From positions 1 to 50,215 of the forward strand of contig CAYZYX010000009.1 in assembly GCA_964482715.1 (NCBI GenBank): a DNA stretch of 50,215 nt, written 5' to 3'. A program made the translations under genes and the position numbers. Positions within the stretch are counted from its first letter, which is position 1. Every line of letters begins with the position of its first letter. The notes beneath the pieces were generated by a model that saw only the letters and a program-made list of their open reading frames with translations, had not been told where the DNA came from and did not search any database. This DNA comes from an uncultured Clostridia bacterium. Lineage in GTDB: Bacteria > Aerophobota > Aerophobia > Aerophobales > B3-G15. Shown piece after piece: positions 27,830 through 37,233 of this stretch.

Positions 27830-28970
27830 CTTTTTCTCTTAACATTTCCATTATTTTATTTACAATTTCTCGTGAGGCCTGAGGTCTTGCCAGCTCTTTA
27901 GCTCTGCTACTCCAGATTTTTCTATCAAAACCACCGTCCATAAATTTTTCAAGTAGAGCTATTAAATACTTTGGATCCTCTAAGTCAAAAGCAAGACCTT
28001 TCTCCAGGAGTAATTTTTTATTTCTTCTTTCCTGGCCGGCAATGGAATCCATTACAATCATGGGAAGACCTTTGCTCAAAGCCTCAGCAGTTGTTAATCC
28101 TCCCGGTTTGGTGATCAAAAGATCCGATATCTCCATCAACTCATCTATTTCTCTGACATAACCTAAAACTCGAAAAGGGAAATTTAATTTGAAGCTCAGT
28201 TTAGAAAGGTTCCGTTTTAAACTCCTGTTTGTTCCTGTAACAACCACAACCTGGACAGGAAAAGAAACTTCTTGCAGAGCCAGTACAATTTCCTTCATAT
28301 CTCCTAAGCCCTGACCTCCTCCCATAATTAAGATAGTGAAAAGATCGTCCCTAATCTTCCACTTATTTCTAAGATAAAGTTTATCCTTGGATTTTAAAAA
28401 TTCAAGAGACACAGGAATGCCTGTTACCTGCAGTTTTTCCACAGAAATTTTTCGTTTTAACCTTTCAAAACTTAAACTATTTTGAGGTAAAAAATACATG
28501 TCAACATTTTTGTAAAACCAGTATGGGTTTAAATAAAAATCGGTAGGTACAGCTACAAGTAAAAAGTTCAGGTTTTTCTCTGACTTTATTGTTGAAGAAA
28601 TGGCACAGGACAAAGAGTGAGTACATACAACTACCTGAGGATCAAAAGGCTTTATTACCTCTCGATACAATCTGTGATAGTTCATTCTATAAAGTAGATA
28701 TCTCAATAGATAGGTCAACCAGTAAACCTCTTTGCTATCCCATATTATATCCCAGAACCAGGGAGTAAGTTTTATCAAGGCATAATAGAGACTATCAAGG
28801 CTACATCGAATAAAAGGATTTCCGTGACGGAATATATTAACTTCCTTAACCTTGATCCAGGGATAATCCTTCTGAAAAGCCTGTTTAATGGCCCGCGCAC
28901 CCTGTCTATGTCCAGAAACATCGCCAACATATAAAAGTAAAATTCTCAGATCTTGCCTTTGGGAATTCAT
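27822..28970 (-). CDS. GT28 glycosyltransferase, MGDG synthase/UgtP-like
   Basis: SGH...A, VVCTH, PTDF, TGIPV, MGGGQG, ITKPGGLTTAEA, GQE..N. Confidence 0.85.
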   Translation of the reverse strand: MNSQRQDLRILLLYVGDVSGHRQGARAIKQAFQKDYPWIKVKEVNIFRHGNPFIRCSLDSLYYALIKLTPWFWDIIWDSKEVYWLTYLLRYLLYRMNYHRLYREVIKPFDPQVVVCTHSLSCAISSTIKSEKNLNFLLVAVPTDFYLNPYWFYKNVDMYFLPQNSLSFERLKRKISVEKLQVTGIPVSLEFLKSKDKLYLRNKWKIRDDLFTILIMGGGQGLGDMKEIVLALQEVSFPVQVVVVTGTNRSLKRNLSKLSFKLNFPFRVLGYVREIDELMEISDLLITKPGGLTTAEALSKGLPMIVMDSIAGQERRNKKLLLEKGLAFDLEDPKYLIALLEKFMDGGFDRKIWSSRAKELARPQASREIVNKIMEMLREKGV

Positions 28971-28985
28971 TTTCGATATTATCCA

Positions 28986-29843
28986 TTAAGAAAAAAATTT
29001 TCTCTCCAGTAAAAGCCAGTGACCTGGATAAAACCTCAAATAATCCTCCATGATCCGGGCAAACTCATTGGCTGCCTTTTTAACACTTTCTTCCATGCTT
29101 AAACTGCGATCCAATAAAATTGGTGGCTCCACTATTCCTTTTTGTTTGCGGGTCTTTTTGTCTCTAATCATAAAAGCGGGTGCAACTACTGCCTGGAGTT
29201 TATACGCCATTTTAAAAGGACCAGAGGCCAGTGTGAGCTTTTTGCCACAAATGTTAACCTCAATCCCCTTGTTTCCCTCATCACAAAGAATACCTACCAC
29301 TTTATTTTGCCTCAAAGATCCTATAACCTGTTTCAAATTGGAAATTGGAATAACTCTCACACCCTTTTTTTCCCGCAAACTGTTAAACAGACGATCTGTA
29401 TAAACGTTTTTGTGAGGTCTCACAAAAAAACACATTCTGTAGCCACAGCAAGCTAAAGCTATACCCCCCCATTCCCAGTTACCAAAATGAGCAGATAAAA
29501 GAAGAACCCCTTTTCCAAAACTCAGTGCCGCTTCAAGATTCTCTACACCTACAGGGATAGTTTCTCTAAAAAACTTTTTTTTACTAATTTTTGCCAACCA
29601 GAGAAATTCCCTTAGATAATAGGCAAAATGGCGAAAAACTCTTCTGCCATAAAGGGTATTATTATACTCTATAATCTTAAGATTGTGAAGAACCGCTTCC
29701 TTGTAGATTTTATGTTTGCCAAGCGGAAAAAAGAAACATAAGTCAGCAATTATTTCCGCTATCCAGTAAGCCAGTTGAGATGGTAAATAACAGGAAAGAA
29801 ACTCTCCCAGCTTATATAAGATGAAGAGAAGCATCTCCCGCAT
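28986..29843 (-). CDS. LpxL/HtrB/PatA-like lipid acyltransferase
   Basis: GKGVLLLSAHFGNWE (Hx4E), YPGHW C-terminus. Confidence 0.82.
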   Translation of the reverse strand: MREMLLFILYKLGEFLSCYLPSQLAYWIAEIIADLCFFFPLGKHKIYKEAVLHNLKIIEYNNTLYGRRVFRHFAYYLREFLWLAKISKKKFFRETIPVGVENLEAALSFGKGVLLLSAHFGNWEWGGIALACCGYRMCFFVRPHKNVYTDRLFNSLREKKGVRVIPISNLKQVIGSLRQNKVVGILCDEGNKGIEVNICGKKLTLASGPFKMAYKLQAVVAPAFMIRDKKTRKQKGIVEPPILLDRSLSMEESVKKAANEFARIMEDYLRFYPGHWLLLERKFFS

Positions 29844-31083
29844 CTCTTCTTATAAGTTTTACTAAAAGGAAAAGACTGGAATAGAGGACAAGAATAGCTC
29901 CTGTTCCGTAAAATATCATAGAAAGAGAATATTTGCTACCTAAAACTCCAGCCATCCAGACAAATACCAGAAAAGAAGCATTTATTACGATCTCAAGCCC
30001 GGAAAATACCCTGCCTCTTAGTTTGTTAGGAGTAACCTCCTGAGTAAGAGTGTGAGTAGCAACCATTATTATAGAGGCCACAAATCCCACCAGAAATATC
30101 CCTGTTGCCAGCCAGACTATTGATTTAATCCCGCTCAAAATTAAAGCCGAAATCCCGGCTATCAATGTACTAACAAGAATAACAGTCTCCTTAGGCAAGT
30201 TTGTTCCCATGTGTCCATAGATAAGTGAACCTCCTATCATTCCAATTCCTAAAGTTGATGCCACAATTCCCAGCCCAAAAGTTCCCATTCCTAATTCTCT
30301 GGTAACCAGCACGGTTACCAGAACATAAGCAAGACCACTTGCACCCATTAAAATAACCAGTGTAACTGCCAGAAAAAGTATTCTCCTTTCCTCTTTAATA
30401 AAAAGTAAACCCTGCAGAATTTCCTTGCCTATTTTTGCAATTAGACCCGGACTTTTGTTTTTTGGTGCTCCAGGATTTTCCTCAATACGGATGAAAAGTA
30501 TAGCAAATCCTGAGACAACAAAACTAAGAGAATCTAACACAAAACTGGAGGTTACCCCCAGTCGGGCAACAATCAGACCCCCTATACTTACACCACCAAT
30601 CATGGCCAGTATTCGAGTTATGTTAGAAAGAGAATTAGCAGCCAGAAGTTGTTTCTTTTTAACCAGTTCAGGGATAAAGGCTGATTTTGCTGGAGTAAAA
30701 AAACAGGTAACAGCAAAGACAAGAAAGATCACTAAATATATAAAGCTCATATCTTTTGTGTATTGTCTAAAAAGGGGAATAAGGAGAATCAATCCGGCAC
30801 GCAAAAGATCGGTCAAAACCAGCACATTTTTTCTCTTCCACCTATCTATATAGACTCCCGCTATTGGACTAAAAACCAGGATGGGTAAAGTGGAAAAGAA
30901 AAAAAGGTTCCGAATTAGCGGGACAGAATTGGCCACAGAAACACCACGTGTTTCCTGAAGATAGATACCCACCAGTCCCATTTGAGCAAGACGGTCTCCA
31001 AACTGAGAAATAATCTGACCAATCCAAAGAGCAAAAAAATTCCTATTTCTTAAAACACGAATAAGGTGACTCTCAACCACCAT
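29812..31083 (-). CDS. MFS transporter (DHA3/LplT-like)
   Basis: ISQFGDRL, GVYIDRWKRK, LLAANSL, RGRVFS; about 12 hydrophobic segments. Confidence 0.88.
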   Translation of the reverse strand: MVVESHLIRVLRNRNFFALWIGQIISQFGDRLAQMGLVGIYLQETRGVSVANSVPLIRNLFFFSTLPILVFSPIAGVYIDRWKRKNVLVLTDLLRAGLILLIPLFRQYTKDMSFIYLVIFLVFAVTCFFTPAKSAFIPELVKKKQLLAANSLSNITRILAMIGGVSIGGLIVARLGVTSSFVLDSLSFVVSGFAILFIRIEENPGAPKNKSPGLIAKIGKEILQGLLFIKEERRILFLAVTLVILMGASGLAYVLVTVLVTRELGMGTFGLGIVASTLGIGMIGGSLIYGHMGTNLPKETVILVSTLIAGISALILSGIKSIVWLATGIFLVGFVASIIMVATHTLTQEVTPNKLRGRVFSGLEIVINASFLVFVWMAGVLGSKYSLSMIFYGTGAILVLYSSLFLLVKLIRRDAGDASLHLI

Positions 31084-31101
31084 AAGCTAAAGTTTTTTCT
31101 T

Positions 31102-31130
31102 AAGGTAACAAAAATGTGCACTGCTGTCAA
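31102..31130 (-). promoter_or_regulatory. candidate promoter of the MFS operon (TTGACA-17 nt-TACCTT, extended -10 TG)
   Basis: Minus strand TTGACA gcagtgcacatttttgt TACCTT. Confidence 0.5.
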
Positions 31131-31158
31131 ATGTGAAATCCTGACATTGGGACAGTTT

Positions 31159-31857
31159 TTACCAGCGATAGTAAAAACGGCGACGGGGCCTTCTTCTGGC
31201 AAATACAAAAACCAGTATCATACCCGCAAGAAAACCTCCTATATGAGCCCACCAGGCAACACCACCTCTTATAGCTGTTCTAAACATAAGAGATACAGTT
31301 CCACTGAAAAGTTGAAATAAAAACCATATTCCAATAAAGAAAAAAACTGGTATTTCTACAAAAGTCAAGAAGAAAAACATCGGGACAAGCGTAATAATAC
31401 GAGAGTGCGGAAAGAGAATGAAGTAGGCTCCCATAACACCTGATATGGCACCACTTGCACCAACTGCAGGTACAGGAGAGTTGGGATTGAGATAAAGATG
31501 GACAAGACCTGCACAAAACCCACACAAAAGATAAAAAATCAGATACTTAAAGTGTCCCATTCTGTCCTCAACGTTGTCCCCAAATATCCATAAAAAAAGC
31601 ATGTTTCCCAGAAGGTGAACCCAACCGGCATGGAGAAACAAGGAAGTAAGAAAAGGTAGATAACGGGCTCCAAGGCCACTTTCTTGATAGGCATAAAGAA
31701 AAAACCGTCTCGGAATAAGTCCATAAGTGTAAATAAATCTCCCCAGCTCGCGCCCCAGAGAAAGTTCATAAAAAAACAACCCAAAATTAAGTAAAATAAG
31801 AGTGATATTTACATAGGGATAAGTTCGGGAAGAAATGGTATCTTTCAAAGGTATCAT
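31159..31857 (-). CDS. rhomboid intramembrane serine protease
   Basis: HAGWVHLLGNM, GASGA, AWWAHIGG. Confidence 0.93.
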   Translation of the reverse strand: MIPLKDTISSRTYPYVNITLILLNFGLFFYELSLGRELGRFIYTYGLIPRRFFLYAYQESGLGARYLPFLTSLFLHAGWVHLLGNMLFLWIFGDNVEDRMGHFKYLIFYLLCGFCAGLVHLYLNPNSPVPAVGASGAISGVMGAYFILFPHSRIITLVPMFFFLTFVEIPVFFFIGIWFLFQLFSGTVSLMFRTAIRGGVAWWAHIGGFLAGMILVFVFARRRPRRRFYYRW

Positions 31858-31881
31858 AAGTAGTTCCTCTATTTTTGCCTA

Positions 31882-31943
31882 AGCATACATTTTTCTCATA
31901 AATAGTCAACAGTCTTGCCTTTTTGGCCTTTTTGTTCTATGAT
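31882..31943. promoter_or_regulatory. back-to-back divergent promoters (minus: TTGACT-16-TATGCT; plus: TTGCCT-17-TATGAT)
   Basis: Minus boxes 31904-31909 and 31882-31887; plus boxes 31915-31920 and 31938-31943. Confidence 0.5.
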
Positions 31944-31954
31944 ATAAAAATCTT

Positions 31955-32974
31955 ATGATGAAGAGAGACGCCGACTCATATCTTGAACCGGGAAAAGTGG
32001 ATCCGGAGATACTTCAAAAATTTTTCTCCCTGCTTTCCCTTGATGACTCAGTTATAGTGGGACCAGGAATTGGCGAAGATGCCGCAGTAATCAACATCGG
32101 GAAAAGACATATAGTTGTTAAAACCGACCCCATAACTTTCACCTCCCAAAATGCAGGATGGTATGTAACAAACATCAATGCTAATGATATTGCCTGTATG
32201 GGAGGCATTCCCCGGTGGTTTCTGGTGAGTATTCTTCTTCCTCCTGATGAAAAAAAGGCATTTCTGGATAAATTTTTTTCCTCTTTAAAAAGAAGCTGCG
32301 AAAAACTCGGAATAAATCTGGTAGGTGGTCACACAGAGGTTACCTCTTCTGTAAAAAGACCAGTTGTCATAGGACATATGATTGGTCAATTAGAGAGCAA
32401 TAAACCTGTAAGTAACAAAGATGCAAAAATCGGTGATGTCGTTTTATTGACCAAAGGTTTAGCTATTGAGGGAACACATGTGATTTATCAGGAAAAAAAG
32501 AAGGAACTCAAGGATAAAGTACCTTCTCAAATCCTTCATAGAATTGAGAACTTCATAGAAAATCCTGGTATAAGTGTAGTTGAAGATGCGAAGCTTGTTT
32601 TTAGAAATGCCGATGTTCATTGTCTACATGATCTCACTGAAGGTGGATTGATGGCAGGGATATGGGAGATCGCTACTGCCTCACGAGTAGGAATTCAAAT
32701 AGAAGAGGAAAAAGTCCCCGTATTTAAAGAAACAGAACTTCTTTGCCGGTTGTACAATCTCAATCCTTTAGCTCTTCTGGCGTCAGGAGCCTTACTTGTT
32801 GTCACCACTCCAGTGAATGCTAAAAAATTAAAAAGTATATTTGACAAAAAGGGAATCCTTCTGACAAAAATCGGGAAGGTTGTGGAACCTGAGAAAGGTG
32901 TAAGTATATTAACTAAAAATAGAAAAATACATATTTTTACTTCAGTTAAAGATGAATTAACCAAATTATTTTAG
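31955..32974 (+). CDS. AIR synthase-related protein (HypE/ThiL/PurM superfamily)
   Basis: GIGEDAA, TDPIT, NANDIA, GGHTE, HDLTEGG. Confidence 0.85.
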   Translation: MMKRDADSYLEPGKVDPEILQKFFSLLSLDDSVIVGPGIGEDAAVINIGKRHIVVKTDPITFTSQNAGWYVTNINANDIACMGGIPRWFLVSILLPPDEKKAFLDKFFSSLKRSCEKLGINLVGGHTEVTSSVKRPVVIGHMIGQLESNKPVSNKDAKIGDVVLLTKGLAIEGTHVIYQEKKKELKDKVPSQILHRIENFIENPGISVVEDAKLVFRNADVHCLHDLTEGGLMAGIWEIATASRVGIQIEEEKVPVFKETELLCRLYNLNPLALLASGALLVVTTPVNAKKLKSIFDKKGILLTKIGKVVEPEKGVSILTKNRKIHIFTSVKDELTKLF

Positions 32975-32985
32975 GAGGAAAACCC

Positions 32986-33465
32986 ATGGCAAAGGTCGGG
33001 GTAATCTATTATTCTCGTACAGGAAACACGGAAAATATGGCCAGGGCTGTTTGCGAAGGGGTAAAATCTAAAAACATAGAGGTTGAATTAAAGAGAGTAG
33101 AGGAGGCTACACCTGAAGATTTTTTACGCTGGGATGGTATAATTGTGGGTTCTCCCTGTTATTATGGACTTCCAGCTGCACCTATCAAAGAGCTTTTCGA
33201 TCGTTCGGTAAAATATCACGGAAGATTAAATGGAAAAATAGGAGCAGCGTTTTCTTCTTCGGCCCAGATCGGAGGTGGAAATGAAACTACTGTGCTTGCT
33301 ATTTTACAGATGATGCTTATCCATGGAATGATAGTAAAAGGAAATCCGAGTGGTGATCATTACGGACCAGTAAGTATAGAAAATCCGGATGAAAGAGTAA
33401 TATCCCAATGTAAAAACCTGGGAGCTGAGGTAGCCAGATTAGTTAAGAGGATGCCACTTTGTTGA
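32986..33465 (+). CDS. flavodoxin, WrbA-like
   Basis: YYSRTGNTE, GSPCYYG, GGGNET. Confidence 0.85.
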   Translation: MAKVGVIYYSRTGNTENMARAVCEGVKSKNIEVELKRVEEATPEDFLRWDGIIVGSPCYYGLPAAPIKELFDRSVKYHGRLNGKIGAAFSSSAQIGGGNETTVLAILQMMLIHGMIVKGNPSGDHYGPVSIENPDERVISQCKNLGAEVARLVKRMPLC

Positions 33466-34199
33466 TAATTCCAGCCATCGATTTAAAAGGAGGCAAATGT
33501 GTTCGCTTATGGCGAGGGGAAAAAAACAGGGAAATTATCTATAGCCGGGAGCCAGTGGCTGTAGCAAAAAAATGGGTTGAAGAAGGTGCTCCTCGCCTTC
33601 ACATTGTTGACTTAGACGGAGCCTTTTCTGGATACCCTACACATCTTGGGGTTGCCGAAAAAATTAAAGAAATATCATCTATCCCCATCCAGTACGGGGG
33701 AGGAATTCGTGAAATAAAATTAATAAGGGAAATCTTAAGAAGGGACATAGACTACGTTATTCTGGGGACCAAAGCTTTATCTTTTAAATTTATCCAGAAG
33801 GCAGTGGATGAATTTGGAGAAAAAATCATAGTAGCTATTGACTGCAAGCAAGGAAAGATAGCTATTAAAGGGTGGGAGGTTGAAACAAGGGTTAAACCTG
33901 AAGAACTGGTTAGGCGATTAGCTCCCATTGGAATAGCCACTTTCATCTTAACCGACATAACAAGAGATGGAACACTAGAAGGGATAAATATCGCTTTTAT
34001 TGAGCATTTTACAAGAAAGCTTTCATCAAATTTGATGGTGGCGGGAGGAATCTCGACGGTTGAAGATATAAAAAAAATAAAGGAGATTAGCAAAGAGAAA
34101 GTAAAAGGAGTAATAGTAGGAAAAGCGCTCTACGAGGGAACCATTAAACTAAAAGAGGCTATAAAAGTAGCAGGAGAAAAAGAAAATGGAGATTTTTAA
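33459..34199 (+). CDS. hisA: ProFAR isomerase
   Basis: IPAIDL.GG.CVRL, HIVDLDGA, GGGIR, TDI.RDGTL, GKALYEG. Confidence 0.93.
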   Translation: MLIIPAIDLKGGKCVRLWRGEKNREIIYSREPVAVAKKWVEEGAPRLHIVDLDGAFSGYPTHLGVAEKIKEISSIPIQYGGGIREIKLIREILRRDIDYVILGTKALSFKFIQKAVDEFGEKIIVAIDCKQGKIAIKGWEVETRVKPEELVRRLAPIGIATFILTDITRDGTLEGINIAFIEHFTRKLSSNLMVAGGISTVEDIKKIKEISKEKVKGVIVGKALYEGTIKLKEAIKVAGEKENGDF

Positions 34200-34566
34200 A
34201 AACATAAAGTTTAACTCTCAGGGTCTTGTTCCCGTAATCATACAGGAAATTAAGACCAAAAAGGTCCTGATGCTCGGGTGGATGAACAAGGAAGCATTGG
34301 AAAAAACCATGACTACAGGTAAAGTTCATTTTTGGAGTCGTTCCAGAAAAAGGCTGTGGCTGAAGGGAGAAACCTCTGGTCACTACCAGCTGGTAAAAGA
34401 GATCTACTTAGATTGTGATGGGGATGCTCTTTTAATCGAGGTCGAACAGATCCAGGGGGCATGCCACACCGGGTATTACTCTTGTTTTTTTAGAAGAATA
34501 AATCCACAAGGTGGACTGGAAGTTGTCGGAACAAAAGTTTTTCATCCTCAAAAGGTTTATAAATAA
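34186..34566 (+). CDS. hisI: phosphoribosyl-AMP cyclohydrolase
   Basis: WSRSR..LW.KGETSG, DCDGD, ACHTG..SCF. Confidence 0.95.
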   Translation: MEIFKNIKFNSQGLVPVIIQEIKTKKVLMLGWMNKEALEKTMTTGKVHFWSRSRKRLWLKGETSGHYQLVKEIYLDCDGDALLIEVEQIQGACHTGYYSCFFRRINPQGGLEVVGTKVFHPQKVYK

Positions 34567-34572
34567 CCATTA

Positions 34573-35652
34573 ATGAAGATAATTCAAAGGTATGTTCTGC
34601 GAGAAACGTTGTGGCCCTTTCTCTTTGGCTTTCTCTTTTTCAATTTTATACTTTTCATAGGAATCATTTTTGATTTAACCGAACTCATCTTCACTGAAAA
34701 TGCTCCTCCTTTTAAAGTGGTGCAGATGATTGCATTTTCTCTTCCTTCTTTCTTTGATATTGTGATTCCTGTATCACTCCTTTTTTCTATCCTGTTAAGT
34801 TTTGGTCGTCTGAGCGCTGATGGAGAAATTACCGCCTTAAGAAGTTCGGGAGTAAATCTCTTCCGGATTGAGGCCCCCGTGTTACTTTTTGCAGCGATCC
34901 TTACTCTTGTCTCTCTTGGATTTTCTGCTTTTCTCACTCCCTGGTGTAACCAGAGATACAAAAAGATTTACCAGCAGATTCTTTTATCGCGTCCTACTGT
35001 TGAACTTGAAGAAAGAGCTATTGTCGACCTTGAAAATAAAAAGCTTTATACCTATAAAATTGATGAAAAAGAACAGGTAATGGAAAGGATAGTGGTCTAT
35101 GAATTTTATCCCCCTAACTCCATATTTCCTCAAATAACCCTGGCTGAGAAAGGAGAGATCAGGAACGAAAAAATTTATCTTCACCAGGTGAGGCTTTACA
35201 GATTTAGCAAGAATTATCGGCTCATTCAGAGTGCCAGATTTAATGAACAGACAATTTATCTTTATTCAAGATTTGAAAAAATTGAAGAACAGAAAAAGGA
35301 CAGCTGGGACATGACTTTTTCTGAAATTAGACAAAAATTAAAAGAGGAAAAAATGTCACCCGAAGAGCGAAAAAAATTGGAATCCGATTTTCATGGAAGA
35401 ATAGCCATTCCGCTTGCTACTTTTATTTTGGGGATTATGTCTGTGCCACTTGGAATAAAAGTCGAGAGAGGAGACAAGTCAATAAGTCTTGGTATAAGTC
35501 TAATAGTTGTAATTGTCTACTACATTTTTTTTCTGGCGGGAAGTTTTTTTTCTCAAAGGGGCCTTGTTTCTCCATTTCTGGGAGTATGGATGCCCAATTT
35601 TATTCTTCTCTCTGTAGGAATATGGTTAAACATAAAAATATTTAAAAGGTAG
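34573..35652 (+). CDS. lptF: LptF/LptG (YjgP/YjgQ) family permease
   Basis: I.RYVLRE, GRLSADGEITALRSSG, WMPN. Confidence 0.8.
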   Translation: MKIIQRYVLRETLWPFLFGFLFFNFILFIGIIFDLTELIFTENAPPFKVVQMIAFSLPSFFDIVIPVSLLFSILLSFGRLSADGEITALRSSGVNLFRIEAPVLLFAAILTLVSLGFSAFLTPWCNQRYKKIYQQILLSRPTVELEERAIVDLENKKLYTYKIDEKEQVMERIVVYEFYPPNSIFPQITLAEKGEIRNEKIYLHQVRLYRFSKNYRLIQSARFNEQTIYLYSRFEKIEEQKKDSWDMTFSEIRQKLKEEKMSPEERKKLESDFHGRIAIPLATFILGIMSVPLGIKVERGDKSISLGISLIVVIVYYIFFLAGSFFSQRGLVSPFLGVWMPNFILLSVGIWLNIKIFKR

Positions 35653-35655
35653 TTC

Positions 35656-36714
35656 TTGATGAGAATTTTAGACAAACATATTATAAAAGAATTCTTGCGA
35701 TATTATTTCCCTTTTGCCTTTTTCTTTATTGCCATATTTATACTTACTGATTTTTTCACTTCAATGGCTCATTTTAAAAAAGAGGTCAGTTTTTTTGAAA
35801 TAGGTATCTATTACCTGCTTCAAATTCCCTTTCTCCTTGTTGTTTTAAGTCCACTCTCGGTCATAATCTCCGGTTTATTTGTGACCTCTTTTTTTAGCTC
35901 AACCAATCAGTTTCAGGCGATGCAGGTGAGTGGTATTTCTGGTAAGAGAACTCTCCTGCCTCTTCTAACGACCGGGCTCGTAATCGGTTTCCTGTTACTT
36001 TTTATCGATAATACCGTGGTATACAAGGTAAATCATCTATCCTATCGACTGAAAGAAAAAATTTTTACAGGAATTATTGAAGCTAAAGTTCAGAGAAACA
36101 TTTTTGTAGCAGTTCCTCCGGATTATCTATTTTATGCTCGTTCCCTTAATTCTCAAAAAGGAATTATGACTGATATTCTTATTTACAAAAATTCTGAGCC
36201 TCCTGTTTTAATATGTGCAAGAGAGGCAAAATGGAAAGGTAATTTTTGGACTTTGTCCCGGGGTAATAGGTACACTTTACTGAACGAAGACATAAAAGAA
36301 CAAACTTTTAATGAAAAAGTGATTCCCGTGAATAAAAATCCCGGTTATTTTACACGCAAATATTTCCCTCCTGAAAGGATGAACATTCAAGAACTGTCCA
36401 CTTATATAAGCGAATATTCACGTGGTGGTTTTAAAACCGAGGACCTTGAAACAGAATTGCAATTTAAGATATCTTCACCTTTCTCCAATTTTATCTTGAT
36501 GCTCCTGGCTCTCCCCTTAGGGGTTATTTTAAAAAGAGGAGGTAAAGGTGCAAGTCTTGCGGTAGGACTTTTGATGAGCTTTGGATATTTTGAGTTAACC
36601 GCTTTTTTCAAAGCGCTCGGGAAAAGTGGTGTCTTAGATCCCCTCACGACAGCCTGGCTGGCGAATTTGCTTTTCGCTATTGTAGGTATTTACCTAATTT
36701 ACAAGATGGAATAG
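35656..36714 (+). CDS. lptG: LptF/LptG (YjgP/YjgQ) family permease
   Basis: ILDKHIIKEF, AMQVSGIS, AWLAN; tandem with lptF. Confidence 0.8.
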   Translation: MMRILDKHIIKEFLRYYFPFAFFFIAIFILTDFFTSMAHFKKEVSFFEIGIYYLLQIPFLLVVLSPLSVIISGLFVTSFFSSTNQFQAMQVSGISGKRTLLPLLTTGLVIGFLLLFIDNTVVYKVNHLSYRLKEKIFTGIIEAKVQRNIFVAVPPDYLFYARSLNSQKGIMTDILIYKNSEPPVLICAREAKWKGNFWTLSRGNRYTLLNEDIKEQTFNEKVIPVNKNPGYFTRKYFPPERMNIQELSTYISEYSRGGFKTEDLETELQFKISSPFSNFILMLLALPLGVILKRGGKGASLAVGLLMSFGYFELTAFFKALGKSGVLDPLTTAWLANLLFAIVGIYLIYKME

Positions 36715-36729
36715 TTTCCATTCTTTAGT

Positions 36730-37233
36730 TCATCTTTTCTCCTTTTCTATAAGAAGTTCCAGATAAGATTTTTGTATGAGGGAGGAACGTGGAATATTCA
36801 GCCAATCAACCAACTGAAAAAGCTCTTCTTTGGTAGGGGCCTCTATCTCTAAAAATTCTCCCAGATTCTCAACCTCATCAATAAAGATCTTCAACTTTTG
36901 CCACTGGTAAATTTTGCGTTTTTTCATCACCTTTTTTAAAGGGCTAAAACCCAGCCGTTCGAGTAAACTGAAAATTTTACCATCAATCTCAATTTCGATT
37001 TCTTCCCGGATTTTTGCATCTCTGTCAACTCTTGGTCCTTTATAGGTTAAATAAAGTCTACCATTTACCTCTCGCACACGAAAAGCCTCATCTCTTGCCT
37101 TAAAATCATAACAGGGATGCTTAAAATATGTGTCTATCTGCCTTTCTTCTCTTAACATTCTCACTCCCAAAGCTGAGAGTCTGTTCTCAATTTGCCTGGA
37201 AGGTAACTTAGCCTTTATTTCTATTTCCAGCAT
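36730..37233 (-). CDS. cyaB: CYTH-domain class IV adenylate cyclase-like protein
   Basis: EIEIK, DTYF, RVR, LTYKGP, REEIE, LGEFLEIE, SYLELL. Confidence 0.85.
   Translation of the reverse strand: MLEIEIKAKLPSRQIENRLSALGVRMLREERQIDTYFKHPCYDFKARDEAFRVREVNGRLYLTYKGPRVDRDAKIREEIEIEIDGKIFSLLERLGFSPLKKVMKKRKIYQWQKLKIFIDEVENLGEFLEIEAPTKEELFQLVDWLNIPRSSLIQKSYLELLIEKEKR

Noticed and set aside
36706..36725. Hairpin ATGGAA-tagt-TTCCAT at the lptG/cyaB convergence
   Set aside because: 6-bp AT-rich stem, too weak to call a terminator
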